From positions 26,134 through 90,133 of the forward strand of contig CAZOVB010000011.1 in NCBI GenBank assembly GCA_964583095.1: DNA of 64,000 nucleotides, written 5' to 3'. The position numbers were made by a program, and so were the translations under genes. Position 1 is the first letter of the stretch. Each line of letters starts with the position of its first letter. The stretch comes from an uncultured Planctomycetaceae bacterium (GTDB lineage Bacteria; Planctomycetota; Phycisphaerae; SM23-33). The notes below the pieces were generated by a model, which saw nothing but the letters and a program-made list of their open reading frames with translations, was not told the DNA's origin and did not search any database. Positions 45,901 to 54,865 of the stretch are shown one piece after another.

Positions 45901-45956
45901 CCGAACTGGCCGACCTTCTGGGTGAACTGGAGCCCGAGGCCCTGCCCGAGCTCTGA
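42909..45956 (+). CDS. Giant secreted LVIVD-repeat beta-propeller protein with dockerin-like Ca-binding repeats and a Pro/acidic C-terminal tail
   Basis: At least 12 LVIVD-type repeats (for example GDRAYVTANGGGLFVVDISDPSDL). Dockerin-like DVNGNGRIAGDDVD and DLTGDGLVDSSDLD. The N-terminal motif SLEPLEQRWMLSA is typical of planctomycete secreted proteins. GTG start with AAGGAG SD. Confidence 0.7.
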   Translation: MRSSDPRSDVSSLWSLEPLEQRWMLSAGDILSHTLLADPVTGAVSIQVDFAQGVQEGTFTAQDVLISGPDTQLGSASTSGYAQNVKVVGDTAYVLYNYVKPSSYNAARTVSGVAVFDVSDPANPGILADHALEDDQGDPAHCTSLDVSGSMVYVSSFSGLYALDVSDPANIQEYLWTDEPFSYDVQAKGDWVFLASSDSSVFALDFSDPDNVVVKTRYISNDGVNRLALDAQTDTLFAATPTQKIYAVDVSNPANMDRLSGSYNASSWSQYSIGRMTAENGYLYVLEYRLGVLEYTLDSSSVSFSLQNDPDASYISSGALSRPRVSGENLVIPTGTGDLKIYDISDKTNPVEETTVDVTADAGGVWMEGDMAYVAAEEAGLQILNLASAGSPGQLNALQHDLRIDAIAREGSLTFLAGSGFVPGTTDRWGSLLIYDMNNPQEPVLLGELSFGTGSRNTGQRIQDVQVSGNVAILRGSYGLHFVDVSDPTAPQLLSTVAQPPSGDPSLGVQDLQIEGSIVYATWWNQGLVSVDFSDPQNPVVMDQLVLSGAYGAVTASNLELVGDRAYVTANGGGLFVVDISDPSDLDLLGSRSTFGALGWFGDLAIQGDYAFVSEGGYGLRVLNISNPANISLVTSLTDRNYAIAVDNIVLDNGTLYVGLDDAGMSVIDVENPAALREIGYIPTRAEYQNMYFDGKLAFLPSGSAGLEVLALHPAGVRRIDADSYEILPGLPMGETVVQFQIGDRIEYSAGGTVSQPYSLVVSGLFAPLPGDVNGNGRIAGDDVDTLRAEIAKPVDQQDLSMDLTGDGLVDSSDLDALIQSLVVIDGDFNLRGSQWGDFNFDGTVDDADAALILNRYRLTWTGYAGADLTGDHLTGLADIRALAATFGYTRPATAPMPEADPVQLPEKDAFSSAATSPAAVQSGTQTVGVLMAADAEDNLARQEPSPDDPSQADGSLLVWAPVLAEPAPEDSSQQAPTAPPSPATPLTQTIDWGKGLTELADLLGELEPEALPEL

Positions 45957-46018
45957 GAGTCTGGTAGTGGCAAGACGGATGATTCCAGGGAAAGGATCGT
46001 TTTGCTATACTACCTAAC

Positions 46019-47182
46019 ATGAAGCGAACGACCGCGAATCTGCCGCTGCACGGTGGCAAGGCCCCGGCCTACCTTTTCAAACGGATGAAGAAGCTGGCCG
46101 GGGCGATCACCATGGCCATTGTGGACGAATACGGCCCGGAGGAGATGCTCCGCCGCCTCAGCGACCCGTGGTGGTTTCAGGCCCTGGGGTGCGTGCTGGG
46201 CTACGACTGGCACTCCAGCGGACTTACAACCGTCACGTGCGGAGCACTGCGGGAGGCAGGGAAGATCTTCGGAGACGACCTGGGCATCGTCGTGGCCGGG
46301 GGCAAGGGCAAGACCAGCCGAAAGACTCCCCGGGAAATCGCCGAGGCCTGCGACCGACTGGCCATTCCCGAGGGAGAAAAGCTCATCCAGGCTTCCCGCC
46401 TCAGCGCCAAGGTAGACTCCGCCGCGGTGCAGGATGGTTATCAGATCTACCACCACAGTTTCCTGCTGACGGCTTCGGGGGCATGGTGTGTCATCCAGCA
46501 GGGAATGAACGATGCCGCCGGTGACGCCCGCAGATACCACTGGCTTGGCCGGAATGTCTCGGACTTCGTCTGCGAACCCCACGCGGCTGTGGAGAACCTT
46601 TCGGCCCGGCCCAGGCAGACGCCGGGGCAACTGCCGCTGCTGAACATGGTCGCCCGGGAAGCCCAGGGCAACCGCCAGGCGTCGGCTTCGCTGGTTCGCG
46701 ACGATACGGAGCTTCTGCTTCGGGAGATCCGGTCTGCGACGGAAGGGCCCACGCTGTTTGCTCCGCGGCGCCACCCGGTGCTGAAGCTGGATGTGAACCT
46801 GCCCCGACTCGAGAAGGTACTTCGCCAGGCGGGCGAAGCTCACCCGGCGGACTTCCAGGCCCTGCTGGGCACACCCAATGTCGGACCGGCCACCATTCGA
46901 AGTCTTTCACTGATCGCGGAGTTGATCCACGACGCTCCGGCCAGTCGGCGCGACCCGGCTGAGCGGATCGGTCCGGATGGAAATCCCATGGGTTCCGGGC
47001 GCAAGTGGGCGGACTACTCGTATGCTCACGGGGGCAAGGACGGCACGCCGTTTCCGGTCGATCGGGAGACCTATGATCGCAATATCGATGTTCTGCTCGA
47101 AAGCGTCCGCAAAGCCCGGCTGGGTCAGAAGGACAAATCCGACGCTCTGAAACGGCTTTCCCGAGTCGCGCCGGAGACATAA
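46019..47182 (+). CDS. DUF763-family protein
   Basis: N-terminus MKRTTANLPLHGGKAPAYLF and the HSSGLTTV and YSYAHGGKDG motifs, as I recall for DUF763 (archaeal and bacterial). Confidence 0.5.
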   Translation: MKRTTANLPLHGGKAPAYLFKRMKKLAGAITMAIVDEYGPEEMLRRLSDPWWFQALGCVLGYDWHSSGLTTVTCGALREAGKIFGDDLGIVVAGGKGKTSRKTPREIAEACDRLAIPEGEKLIQASRLSAKVDSAAVQDGYQIYHHSFLLTASGAWCVIQQGMNDAAGDARRYHWLGRNVSDFVCEPHAAVENLSARPRQTPGQLPLLNMVAREAQGNRQASASLVRDDTELLLREIRSATEGPTLFAPRRHPVLKLDVNLPRLEKVLRQAGEAHPADFQALLGTPNVGPATIRSLSLIAELIHDAPASRRDPAERIGPDGNPMGSGRKWADYSYAHGGKDGTPFPVDRETYDRNIDVLLESVRKARLGQKDKSDALKRLSRVAPET

Positions 47183-47286
47183 CCCGCAGATCGACCCGAC
47201 AGAAAACGGACCTCTACGCTCTGAAACGTGGAGGTCCGTCTTTTCAACTGTTCCGGACAGCGTCCCGCCGTCCCGGACAATGGTCT

Positions 47287-50200
47287 CTACTTGGGATACT
47301 TGTATGTTCGGTCTTTGCTCCAGGGGTCATAGGGCTCGACCCTGCGTCCATTGCCCTTCCAGGGCTGATAGACGGCGTAGTAGGGGCACTGGACGTCGAA
47401 CCAGGTCATGATCAACTGTTTCTCCTGCTCAGTGAGCATCTTCGCGTGTTTCCCCTCGCCGGTGAGCTTGGCTGCAAGGGGATGGGCAATCGCGCCGTAT
47501 CGCTTCGGAATGGTCACAATGCCCTGTTCGTCGGAATCGGCGCTTTTTCGCACGTTGACGAAATCCACCATGATCCTGGTCCACGGGTGGTCGGAGAAAT
47601 AACCGTTTCGGGATCGGAGTCGACCCTTACTCGGGTCGGGCGCCTTCTGGCCCGGCTGAATCCCGTAGATGCTGCGATAGGACTGCATGTAACCTTCCGG
47701 GCCTTTCTTGGCCGTCAGATTCAGCTTGGCCTTGGGGTCCTTCTCACCGTGGCACTTGACGCACTTGGCCTCGAAGATCGGCTGGATCATCGTCTCGTAA
47801 TCGATCAGCGTTGTATCTCCCCAGGGCGGCTCGGCCGGCCGTTTGGCGTCGTAAGCCAGGGCCAGGCCCTTCATCCGTGCCGGCGGAACGTTCTCGTGCG
47901 TCTCGTGACATCCCACGCAGCTTCGTTTTTCTCCCCAGCCGAACTCCACGTGCGTCCGCATGCGCTGAACCGCCCGGTACTCCTTGTCCAACGCCTGAAA
48001 ATACACGTCCATCCGGGCGGGAACCTGGAAGTGGGCTGAGCCGTCTTCCTCGACCGGCACCGTGCCGATCACCTGTATGGGCCCGCCGGTGCCGGGATAG
48101 CCGAAGTTCTCGGCCGGGTTGGCCAGCGGGTGGAACTGATAGCCCATGGGCCAGCCCATGTTCTTGAGAATCCTCAGGTACTTGACCTCGCCTTTCTCCA
48201 CGCCGGGCAGATCTGCATAGACGTTCTCGACATAGCATGTCGCGTAGGACTTGGACATGTCGCGCATGTCCGGCAGGACCGGTGGCTTGAACCGCTTTCT
48301 GACCGGGAAGGCGCAGACGGTTTCCAGCGTCTTGTCGCGATGAATCAGTTCCTTGTTGCCCCAGGCGTCGATGTAGTAGAGCCAGAAATTGCTCTCGGGC
48401 ATGTCGTGGCTCATGGGGGTCAGGAACGTCTTCTCGGTCAGGGCGTTGGGGGTGGTGACCATCCCCCCGGGATAGGGCACGCCGCCTTCGACCACAGGCC
48501 GCAGCAGCTGTCCCACGCCCTTGGTCGTCGGGGAGTTGTAAGGGGTGACGCTTCGCAGGCTCAGCGGGTTGTTGATCCCCATCGTCGGGTCGCCCACGAT
48601 GAGTTGCCCCTCGGGGCCTGTCCGGTGCGATCCGCCCGAGGCGGCGATTTTCTGGCTGTTGGGGATCGGGACCGGGTCCCGCAGCGTCTGCACAACGACA
48701 TCTTCGGGAATGTGCGTGCAGTAGTAGGCATCCGAGCCCGTGCCGTCGGGGCGGATGATCCACAGGGCGAAGACCTCATCCACGCCGCGCTCCTGGTAGT
48801 CCCATCGCATCCAGACGACGCGCCCGTCATTGAGAACGTAGGGGTAGTCGTCATCGTCCTTGGAGAATGTCAGACGCCAGAAATTCTCCCGATCGGCATC
48901 CATCCGGTAGATGTTCGATTGCTCCATGTTCGGGCCCCCGGTGCACATGACCGCAGAGCGACAGGCCGTGGAAGCGAAGACCAATCCGCCATCGGGCAGG
49001 TAGGCCAGGTTGTGGTCGCTGTAGCCCGTCCGGGGCAGGTTGGTCAGGGAACGGCCGGCCAGGTCGATCTCGTAGAGGTGCCAGTTTCTCTCGCCCCCGG
49101 TGGCAGCACAGAAGGCGACTTTGTCGCCGTCGTACCAGATATCCATGTCGCCGATCAGGCGGGGGGGAAGCTTGTCGCCGATGACGGCCCGGGTGGGCGA
49201 ACCGGGCATCAGGCCTTTCTGAACGAAGATGTCGCCTTCGCGCCCGTCCCAGACATTGGTCGAGCCGGGCTGGCCGTGCATGCCCCCGGGATTGCGCGTC
49301 ACGTACACCACCGAGTCGAAGTCCACATCAGGACCGGCCATGACCACATCCCGCACCGTCGGGCGCCATTGGAGATAGGCCTTGCGGCAGGCGGTCAGAT
49401 CGTCGGGGCTCTTCTCGACGATGGAGGCGAATCGCTCGTGAGCCGATACCATCTTGGCTACCAGGGCGTCGACCTTCGCGGCCCCTTCGGCCCGAAGCTG
49501 CGACTTGATCCAGTCGGCCTTGGCCTTGGCGCGTCGCACCTGGTTGCGACTGAGCGTGAGCAGGTCCTTGCCGCGTCGGTGCATCTGAAGTTGGATTGTC
49601 TGGCGGATGTAATCCAGTTCCAGGTCCTGCTTCTCGTCGATGCCAAACCAGCTATCCCACCACTCGGGGGCGGGGCTTCCCGGCCAGGCCTCGCCGCCGG
49701 TCTGGGCCTTTTCGTTGAAGACATTTGTGCTCACGGCCCACTCCGCCACGGCGAAGGTGAAGGGGTCTTCGGCGTCGAGCATGCCCGCGGCCAGGGCGGT
49801 CAGTTCACGCGGATGGGCTTCGATTCTTCGCCGTCCGTTGTGGCTCTCGCAATGGCCGCTGCCCAGGGTCTCGGAGAAGATCTGGAGAAGCATCTCTGCC
49901 GCGGTGTCCCTGGCGTAGGGAGAATCGATCTTCAAGATCTCCTGGATGATCGGGCGGACCTTCTGCGTCAGGGCATCGGGAAGGACGTTCTGCTTCTTGT
50001 CCATCTTCTTGGCGATCTCGTCGGGGATCTGGAACCGGCTGATCCTGCGAAGCGGGCTGGAGAAGTGGTAGCCCATGTATCCGGTCCTGGCGACAGCGGC
50101 CACCGCGCCGCCGGCCAGTTTTTCCCAGGCGTTTTCGGTGGGGTAGGCTTCGACCATCGCTTTGGCCAGGGCGGCAGGGCCCTGGGTCTCCAGGAGCTGG

Positions 50201-50484
50201 TGGTAGTGCTTTCCGCGTTCGACGACGCCGGGGTACATGGCGAAGACACTCAGATTCCCAGCCGTGCGTCGGACATTTTCCATCCAGTCCAGGTAGTCCT
50301 CGCTGTAGGTCGTAATGGGCCCGATCGGGTCCTCTTCGGGATGCTCGACGGTGGGCCACTGGACTTTGACATCGCCGAGGGGTTCCTCAAACTCGACCTC
50401 GCCAACGGCCAGAAGGTGCAGACAACTGAACGTGGTGACGCCCAGGACGAGCAGGATTGCAAATGTTCTCATGGAGGTTCTCAA
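47287..50484 (-). CDS. Large secreted PD40/TolB-like beta-propeller protein with two C-terminal c-type haem sites (PSCyt1-like)
   Basis: Signal peptide MRTFAILLVLGVTTFSCLHLLAV. PD40-like repeats. SCVGCHETH and IQPIFEAKCVKCHGEKDPKAKLNL, the second resembling the planctomycete PSCyt1 motif. Confidence 0.65.
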   Translation of the reverse strand: MRTSMRTFAILLVLGVTTFSCLHLLAVGEVEFEEPLGDVKVQWPTVEHPEEDPIGPITTYSEDYLDWMENVRRTAGNLSVFAMYPGVVERGKHYHQLLETQGPAALAKAMVEAYPTENAWEKLAGGAVAAVARTGYMGYHFSSPLRRISRFQIPDEIAKKMDKKQNVLPDALTQKVRPIIQEILKIDSPYARDTAAEMLLQIFSETLGSGHCESHNGRRRIEAHPRELTALAAGMLDAEDPFTFAVAEWAVSTNVFNEKAQTGGEAWPGSPAPEWWDSWFGIDEKQDLELDYIRQTIQLQMHRRGKDLLTLSRNQVRRAKAKADWIKSQLRAEGAAKVDALVAKMVSAHERFASIVEKSPDDLTACRKAYLQWRPTVRDVVMAGPDVDFDSVVYVTRNPGGMHGQPGSTNVWDGREGDIFVQKGLMPGSPTRAVIGDKLPPRLIGDMDIWYDGDKVAFCAATGGERNWHLYEIDLAGRSLTNLPRTGYSDHNLAYLPDGGLVFASTACRSAVMCTGGPNMEQSNIYRMDADRENFWRLTFSKDDDDYPYVLNDGRVVWMRWDYQERGVDEVFALWIIRPDGTGSDAYYCTHIPEDVVVQTLRDPVPIPNSQKIAASGGSHRTGPEGQLIVGDPTMGINNPLSLRSVTPYNSPTTKGVGQLLRPVVEGGVPYPGGMVTTPNALTEKTFLTPMSHDMPESNFWLYYIDAWGNKELIHRDKTLETVCAFPVRKRFKPPVLPDMRDMSKSYATCYVENVYADLPGVEKGEVKYLRILKNMGWPMGYQFHPLANPAENFGYPGTGGPIQVIGTVPVEEDGSAHFQVPARMDVYFQALDKEYRAVQRMRTHVEFGWGEKRSCVGCHETHENVPPARMKGLALAYDAKRPAEPPWGDTTLIDYETMIQPIFEAKCVKCHGEKDPKAKLNLTAKKGPEGYMQSYRSIYGIQPGQKAPDPSKGRLRSRNGYFSDHPWTRIMVDFVNVRKSADSDEQGIVTIPKRYGAIAHPLAAKLTGEGKHAKMLTEQEKQLIMTWFDVQCPYYAVYQPWKGNGRRVEPYDPWSKDRTYKYPK

Positions 50485-50542
50485 TTTCTAAGAAATCGGA
50501 TTGGCATCTTTCGTGACCGGCTCTCGACCGGCGTGCAACGGG

Positions 50543-51292
50543 TTACGGGTTGTTCTGTCGGGCTTTCCAGATACCTTCGTGGCAGCGTCGCCCGCCGGGA
50601 TAGAACAGCCGGAAATAGGCGTCGTCGACCTCGAAGGGATCGACCGGGTCGTTTTCCAGGTCGAAGCTCTCGGGCAGTGCGCCGTAGTGCTTCATCTCCC
50701 GCAGGTAGTGGTAGGTCGGGCGCCAGTCGGGCACCGGATACAACCGTCGCTCCAGCATCTGCTTGCTGACGCTCCGGCTGATTGCCAGGAGTTGGCGATA
50801 CGCGGGATCGTCCTTGTCGGTGAAGATTTCCGCCGGCTTGGCGTTTTCGAGTACCTTCTCGCGTCGGCTGCGAGGAACTTTCCGCATCGCCCGACCGGCC
50901 AGCCGGGTTTCGCAAAGCCCCAGTCCGCCGGTCAGGTCGTCGCTGTTGGCGTTGACAAAGGCCTCGAACTCCTTGTGGGCCTTGTGCATGGCCTGGACGG
51001 CCTGGTCGATGCGGTCGGCCTCTTCCTGGCCTACCTGGGTTTTGGCCCAGGTGGCCTTGGCGAGGGCGCGTCGCATCTGGTCGCGGCTGGGGGTCAGAAG
51101 GTCCTGCCTGCGGCGGTGCATCTGGAGCCCGATCGCCTGGCGTGCGTAGTCCGTTTCCAGGTGGCGTTCTTCATCGCTGCCGGCCCACTTGTCCCACCAC
51201 TCGGGAGGTTTCATCTTCGGCCAATCGCCCAGAAGGGGGCGGGCGAAGAACGCTGCGAACAGGGCGAATGCGAGGCTAGTCTTTTGCTTCAT
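50543..51292 (-). CDS. Secreted hypothetical protein, paralogous to an internal segment of the upstream giant cytochrome gene
   Basis: Signal peptide MKQKTSLAFALFAAFFARPLLG. Residues 25-120 align by eye with residues ~245-345 of the 47287..50484 product (PEWWD.W.G.DE...L.DY.RQ.I.LQMHRR..DLLT.SR.Q.RRA.AKA.W). Confidence 0.55.
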   Translation of the reverse strand: MKQKTSLAFALFAAFFARPLLGDWPKMKPPEWWDKWAGSDEERHLETDYARQAIGLQMHRRRQDLLTPSRDQMRRALAKATWAKTQVGQEEADRIDQAVQAMHKAHKEFEAFVNANSDDLTGGLGLCETRLAGRAMRKVPRSRREKVLENAKPAEIFTDKDDPAYRQLLAISRSVSKQMLERRLYPVPDWRPTYHYLREMKHYGALPESFDLENDPVDPFEVDDAYFRLFYPGGRRCHEGIWKARQNNP

Positions 51293-51729
51293 CTTCTTCT
51301 CGGTTCCAAGCGGGATATCGCCTCGCGCTGGGTGGATCATTTCAGTGGATCCAGCAAAGCGGCAATAAACGTTTGGGCAGATCCATGCAATCCGATTCGG
51401 CTCCATGGCCAAGATCTGCCGCTCTCCGACGTCGGGGCTCTATGAAAACGTTTAGACAGAGCCCTCGACCCAGGCATTGTACATCAGCTTGAACCCTCGA
51501 TTCCAGGCCATGTTTCGCAAACAGCCCAATAATTTAGTGTTACCAGTGCGCAACCGGCGATTCCATCCAGGTCTGCAGCGCAACGTTCGTGGAACTGTCA
51601 CTCCGAGGGGCTAAACCGGCAGGTTTCTTGGCTGACCCCGCGACAAAGTCCCCGGTGGACGGTAGAATCCCGGTCTTGCAGCGGAGCTGCCGGCCCAGAA
51701 CCAGAAAATTACCCCAAAGGAGAGAGTTC

Positions 51730-54195
51730 ATGTTCAGCAGTCATCCCCAGTTTCAGCCTTGCAGCCACGAGATTGAAGCCCGCATTCATGAGGTCCTCTC
51801 CCAGATGACCCTGGAAGAGAAGCTCTCGATGCTCGGCGGACCCAAGGAATGGGGCTCCACCCTGGGTTGTGAGCGCGTCGGCATCGGGCAGTTCAAAATG
51901 GCCGACGGGCCCGTCGGTGTCCACTGGTGGTGCGATGCCTCGACGGCCTATCCTGCCACGATCGGCGTTGCGGCCAGCTTCAACCGCGACCTGGCCCATC
52001 GCCTCGGCGTTGCCCTGGGCCGCGACTGCCGGGCCAGAGGCGTCCATTACCTTCTGGCTCCGGGCGTAAACATCTACCGCAGTCCGCTTTGCGGCAGGAA
52101 TTTCGAGTACCTGGGCGAAGATCCGTTCCTCTCTTCTTCCATCGTCGTGCAACTGGTCCGCGGCGTTCAGAGCCAGGCCGTCGCAACCACCGTCAAGCAT
52201 TACGCGGTGAACTACCAGGAATACGATCGACATGGGATCAGCAGCGATCTCGACCAGCGGACGCTCCGCGAGATCTATCTCCCAGCCTTCGAAGCTGCGG
52301 TCAAGGAGGGCGGAACCGGGTCGATCATGACCGCCTACAACCTGGTCAACGGGCAGCACTGCTCGGAGCATTTCCAGTTGATCCGCGACATCCTCAAGGG
52401 CGAGTGGGGCTTCGAGGGCGTGGTGATGAGCGACTGGACCAGCACCTACGACGAGGTGGCTGCCGCCAACGCCGGGCTGGACCTGGAGATGCCCTGGCCG
52501 AGATACCTGAACCCCGAGAAGCTCACCCCGGCCATCGAGAAGGGCCTGGTCAGTGAAGATGTCATCGACGACAAGATCCGCCGCCAGCTTCGACTGGCGT
52601 TCTGTTTTGGCTGGATGGACAACGATCAGAAGGATACCACGATACCCGAGGACGACCCGACCAGCGTCGAGACCGCCCTGGAAGTCGCCCGCCAGAGCTG
52701 CGTACTGCTCAAGAACCAGAACAATCTCCTGCCCCTGGAAGGGGCCTCCAAGATCGCTGTGCTGGGTTACCAGGCCGACCCGGCCGTCATCTGCGGCGGA
52801 GGCAGCGCCTACACCAAACCGTTCCATCAGACCAGCGTTCTGGAAGGTCTGAAGCAGCAGTCGGCCGATTCGGTGGAGATTCTCCACGCCCAAGCCTACG
52901 ACCCCCAGCCGCTTGCGACCGCGGCCGCCCGAGGAGATTTCCGCATCCCCGGCGGCGAGCAGGGCGCGGAGCTTCAGATCTGGAACGGACAGGAAATGCA
53001 GGGCCAACCGGACCTGGTGGACAAGCGCGAGAAGCTCAGCCTCTGGTGGGGCGGCAAGGCCCCGGGAGAGGGCATCGAGGCAGAAAACTTCTCGATCCGA
53101 ACCGAGGTGGAGTATGAGGCCCGCGAAGACGGCGGCCACACGCTCTACCTGGAATGCTCCGGCCAGGTGGTTCTTACCTGGGACGGCCAGACGATCATCG
53201 ACAAGCAGGCCGGCCGCGAAGCGGGTCGCTTTTCCCAGGCCGAACTGGACCTGGAAAAAGGCAAGACATATACCCTGGTGATCCAGGGCCGGTTCCAGAC
53301 CTCCTGGAATATGCTCCATGTGGGCGTGGAGAGCCATGCAGATCGCATTCGCATGCGGGAAGAAGCCCTCTGGGCGGCCCGCGAGGCCGACGCCGTCATC
53401 TTCTGTGCCGGCTTCTCCCAGCAGTCCGAGGGCGAGGGCCACGATCGAACCTTCGAGCTTCCAGCAGGCCAGGCGGAGCTCATTCGCGACGTGGCCGCCG
53501 AGAACCCCCATACCTGCGCGGTGCTCTTTACCGGCGGGGGAGTGGACTTCTCGACCTGGCTGGACAGCATCGAAGGGCTCCTGCAGGTCTGGTATCCCGG
53601 GCAGGAAGGCGGCAAGGCCATTGCCGAAATTCTCCTGGGCAAGGTCAACCCCTCGGCCAAGCTGCCGGCCACCTATGATCGACGCCTGGAAGACCGCTCG
53701 TCCTTCGACAACTACCACGACGAAGACGGCGACAAACGCGTGCGGATCCGCGACGGCGTGTTCACCGGATACCGCCACAACGACGCCAACGGCGTCGAAC
53801 CGCTTTTCCCCTTCGGTTACGGACTCAGCTACACCCGTTTCCAGTTGGAGAACCTTCGCGTCTCTGCCGAGAAGTTCCCCGCCGCCGACGGGCTGGAAGT
53901 TACCGTGGATGTGACCAACACCGGCGATCGGGCCGGGGCACAGGTCGTCCAGTGCTATGTGGGCGACGTCGAGGCCTCGCTGCCCAGGCCTGTCAAGGAG
54001 CTCAAGGACTTCGCCCGTGTCGAACTGGAGCCCGGCCAGACGAAGAGCGTGAAGCTCAACCTGGACGCCCGGAGTTTTGCTTTCTGGGATGTGGACCTGG
54101 GGGGCTGGACCGTCGAAACCGGAGAGTTCAGCATCATGGTCGGCACGTCGGCTGCGCAGATCGACGCCTCGACGCGTGTATTCGTCATGGCCTGA
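51730..54195 (+). CDS. Glycoside hydrolase family 3 (beta-glucosidase-like) with an inserted PA14 domain and a C-terminal Fn3-like domain
   Basis: GH3 N-domain with the catalytic SDW (GVVMSDW). PA14-like insert (GAELQIWNGQEMQGQPDLVDKREKLSLWWG). C-terminal GYGLSYT region. Confidence 0.85.
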   Translation: MFSSHPQFQPCSHEIEARIHEVLSQMTLEEKLSMLGGPKEWGSTLGCERVGIGQFKMADGPVGVHWWCDASTAYPATIGVAASFNRDLAHRLGVALGRDCRARGVHYLLAPGVNIYRSPLCGRNFEYLGEDPFLSSSIVVQLVRGVQSQAVATTVKHYAVNYQEYDRHGISSDLDQRTLREIYLPAFEAAVKEGGTGSIMTAYNLVNGQHCSEHFQLIRDILKGEWGFEGVVMSDWTSTYDEVAAANAGLDLEMPWPRYLNPEKLTPAIEKGLVSEDVIDDKIRRQLRLAFCFGWMDNDQKDTTIPEDDPTSVETALEVARQSCVLLKNQNNLLPLEGASKIAVLGYQADPAVICGGGSAYTKPFHQTSVLEGLKQQSADSVEILHAQAYDPQPLATAAARGDFRIPGGEQGAELQIWNGQEMQGQPDLVDKREKLSLWWGGKAPGEGIEAENFSIRTEVEYEAREDGGHTLYLECSGQVVLTWDGQTIIDKQAGREAGRFSQAELDLEKGKTYTLVIQGRFQTSWNMLHVGVESHADRIRMREEALWAAREADAVIFCAGFSQQSEGEGHDRTFELPAGQAELIRDVAAENPHTCAVLFTGGGVDFSTWLDSIEGLLQVWYPGQEGGKAIAEILLGKVNPSAKLPATYDRRLEDRSSFDNYHDEDGDKRVRIRDGVFTGYRHNDANGVEPLFPFGYGLSYTRFQLENLRVSAEKFPAADGLEVTVDVTNTGDRAGAQVVQCYVGDVEASLPRPVKELKDFARVELEPGQTKSVKLNLDARSFAFWDVDLGGWTVETGEFSIMVGTSAAQIDASTRVFVMA

Positions 54196-54223
54196 TTTTC
54201 GGGCAGAAGAAAGGATCCCACCC

Positions 54224-54865
54224 ATGCGTGTGCTCGTCACGGCCGGGCCCACCCGGGAGTACCTGGACCCGGTCCGGTTTCTGACCAACGCCTCCAGTGG
54301 CCGGATGGGCTACGCGGTTGCCCGAAAAGCCCTGGAGGCCGGCTGCCAGGTGCGCCTGCTCTCGGGACCGGTGTCGCTGGAGCTGCCTTCGGGCGCACAG
54401 TTCGAGAAGTTCGTGAGCGTCGCGGATCTCCAGGCGAGGCTGCGGGAGAGCTTCGAATGGTGCGACGCCTTGGTCATGACAGCAGCGGTGGGGGACTTCA
54501 CCGTCCAGACCCCCGCGGATCGAAAGCTCTCTCGAAAGGCCGGGCCTGTGGAGGTGCGCCTGGTGCCCACGGACGATGTGGTGGCCTCGGTTGCCTGCGG
54601 CAAGCGCCCCGACCAGCGGGTGGTTGTGTTTGCGGTCGAGGACCTGTCCGAGCCCGAGGCCCAGGCCAAGGCCCGGGAAGAGATGGCCGCCAAAAACGCC
54701 GACTGGGTGGTTCTGAACCCCCCTCAGGCCATGGACTCTCCAGCCAGCCGGGCCTGCATCCTGGGTTCCGGCGGGGTGGTGCTCGACTGGGGCCTTCGGG
54801 AGAAGGACGAACTGGCCGGGCGGATCGTCCGCCTGCTCCTGGACTCGAAACCGTCCCGGTCCTAG
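54224..54865 (+). CDS. coaB: Phosphopantothenate--cysteine ligase domain protein (stand-alone CoaB, no fused CoaC)
   Basis: MRVLVTAGPTREYLDPVRFLTNASSGRMG matches the CoaB (DFP C-terminal domain) signature. 213 aa. Confidence 0.7.
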   Translation: MRVLVTAGPTREYLDPVRFLTNASSGRMGYAVARKALEAGCQVRLLSGPVSLELPSGAQFEKFVSVADLQARLRESFEWCDALVMTAAVGDFTVQTPADRKLSRKAGPVEVRLVPTDDVVASVACGKRPDQRVVVFAVEDLSEPEAQAKAREEMAAKNADWVVLNPPQAMDSPASRACILGSGGVVLDWGLREKDELAGRIVRLLLDSKPSRS

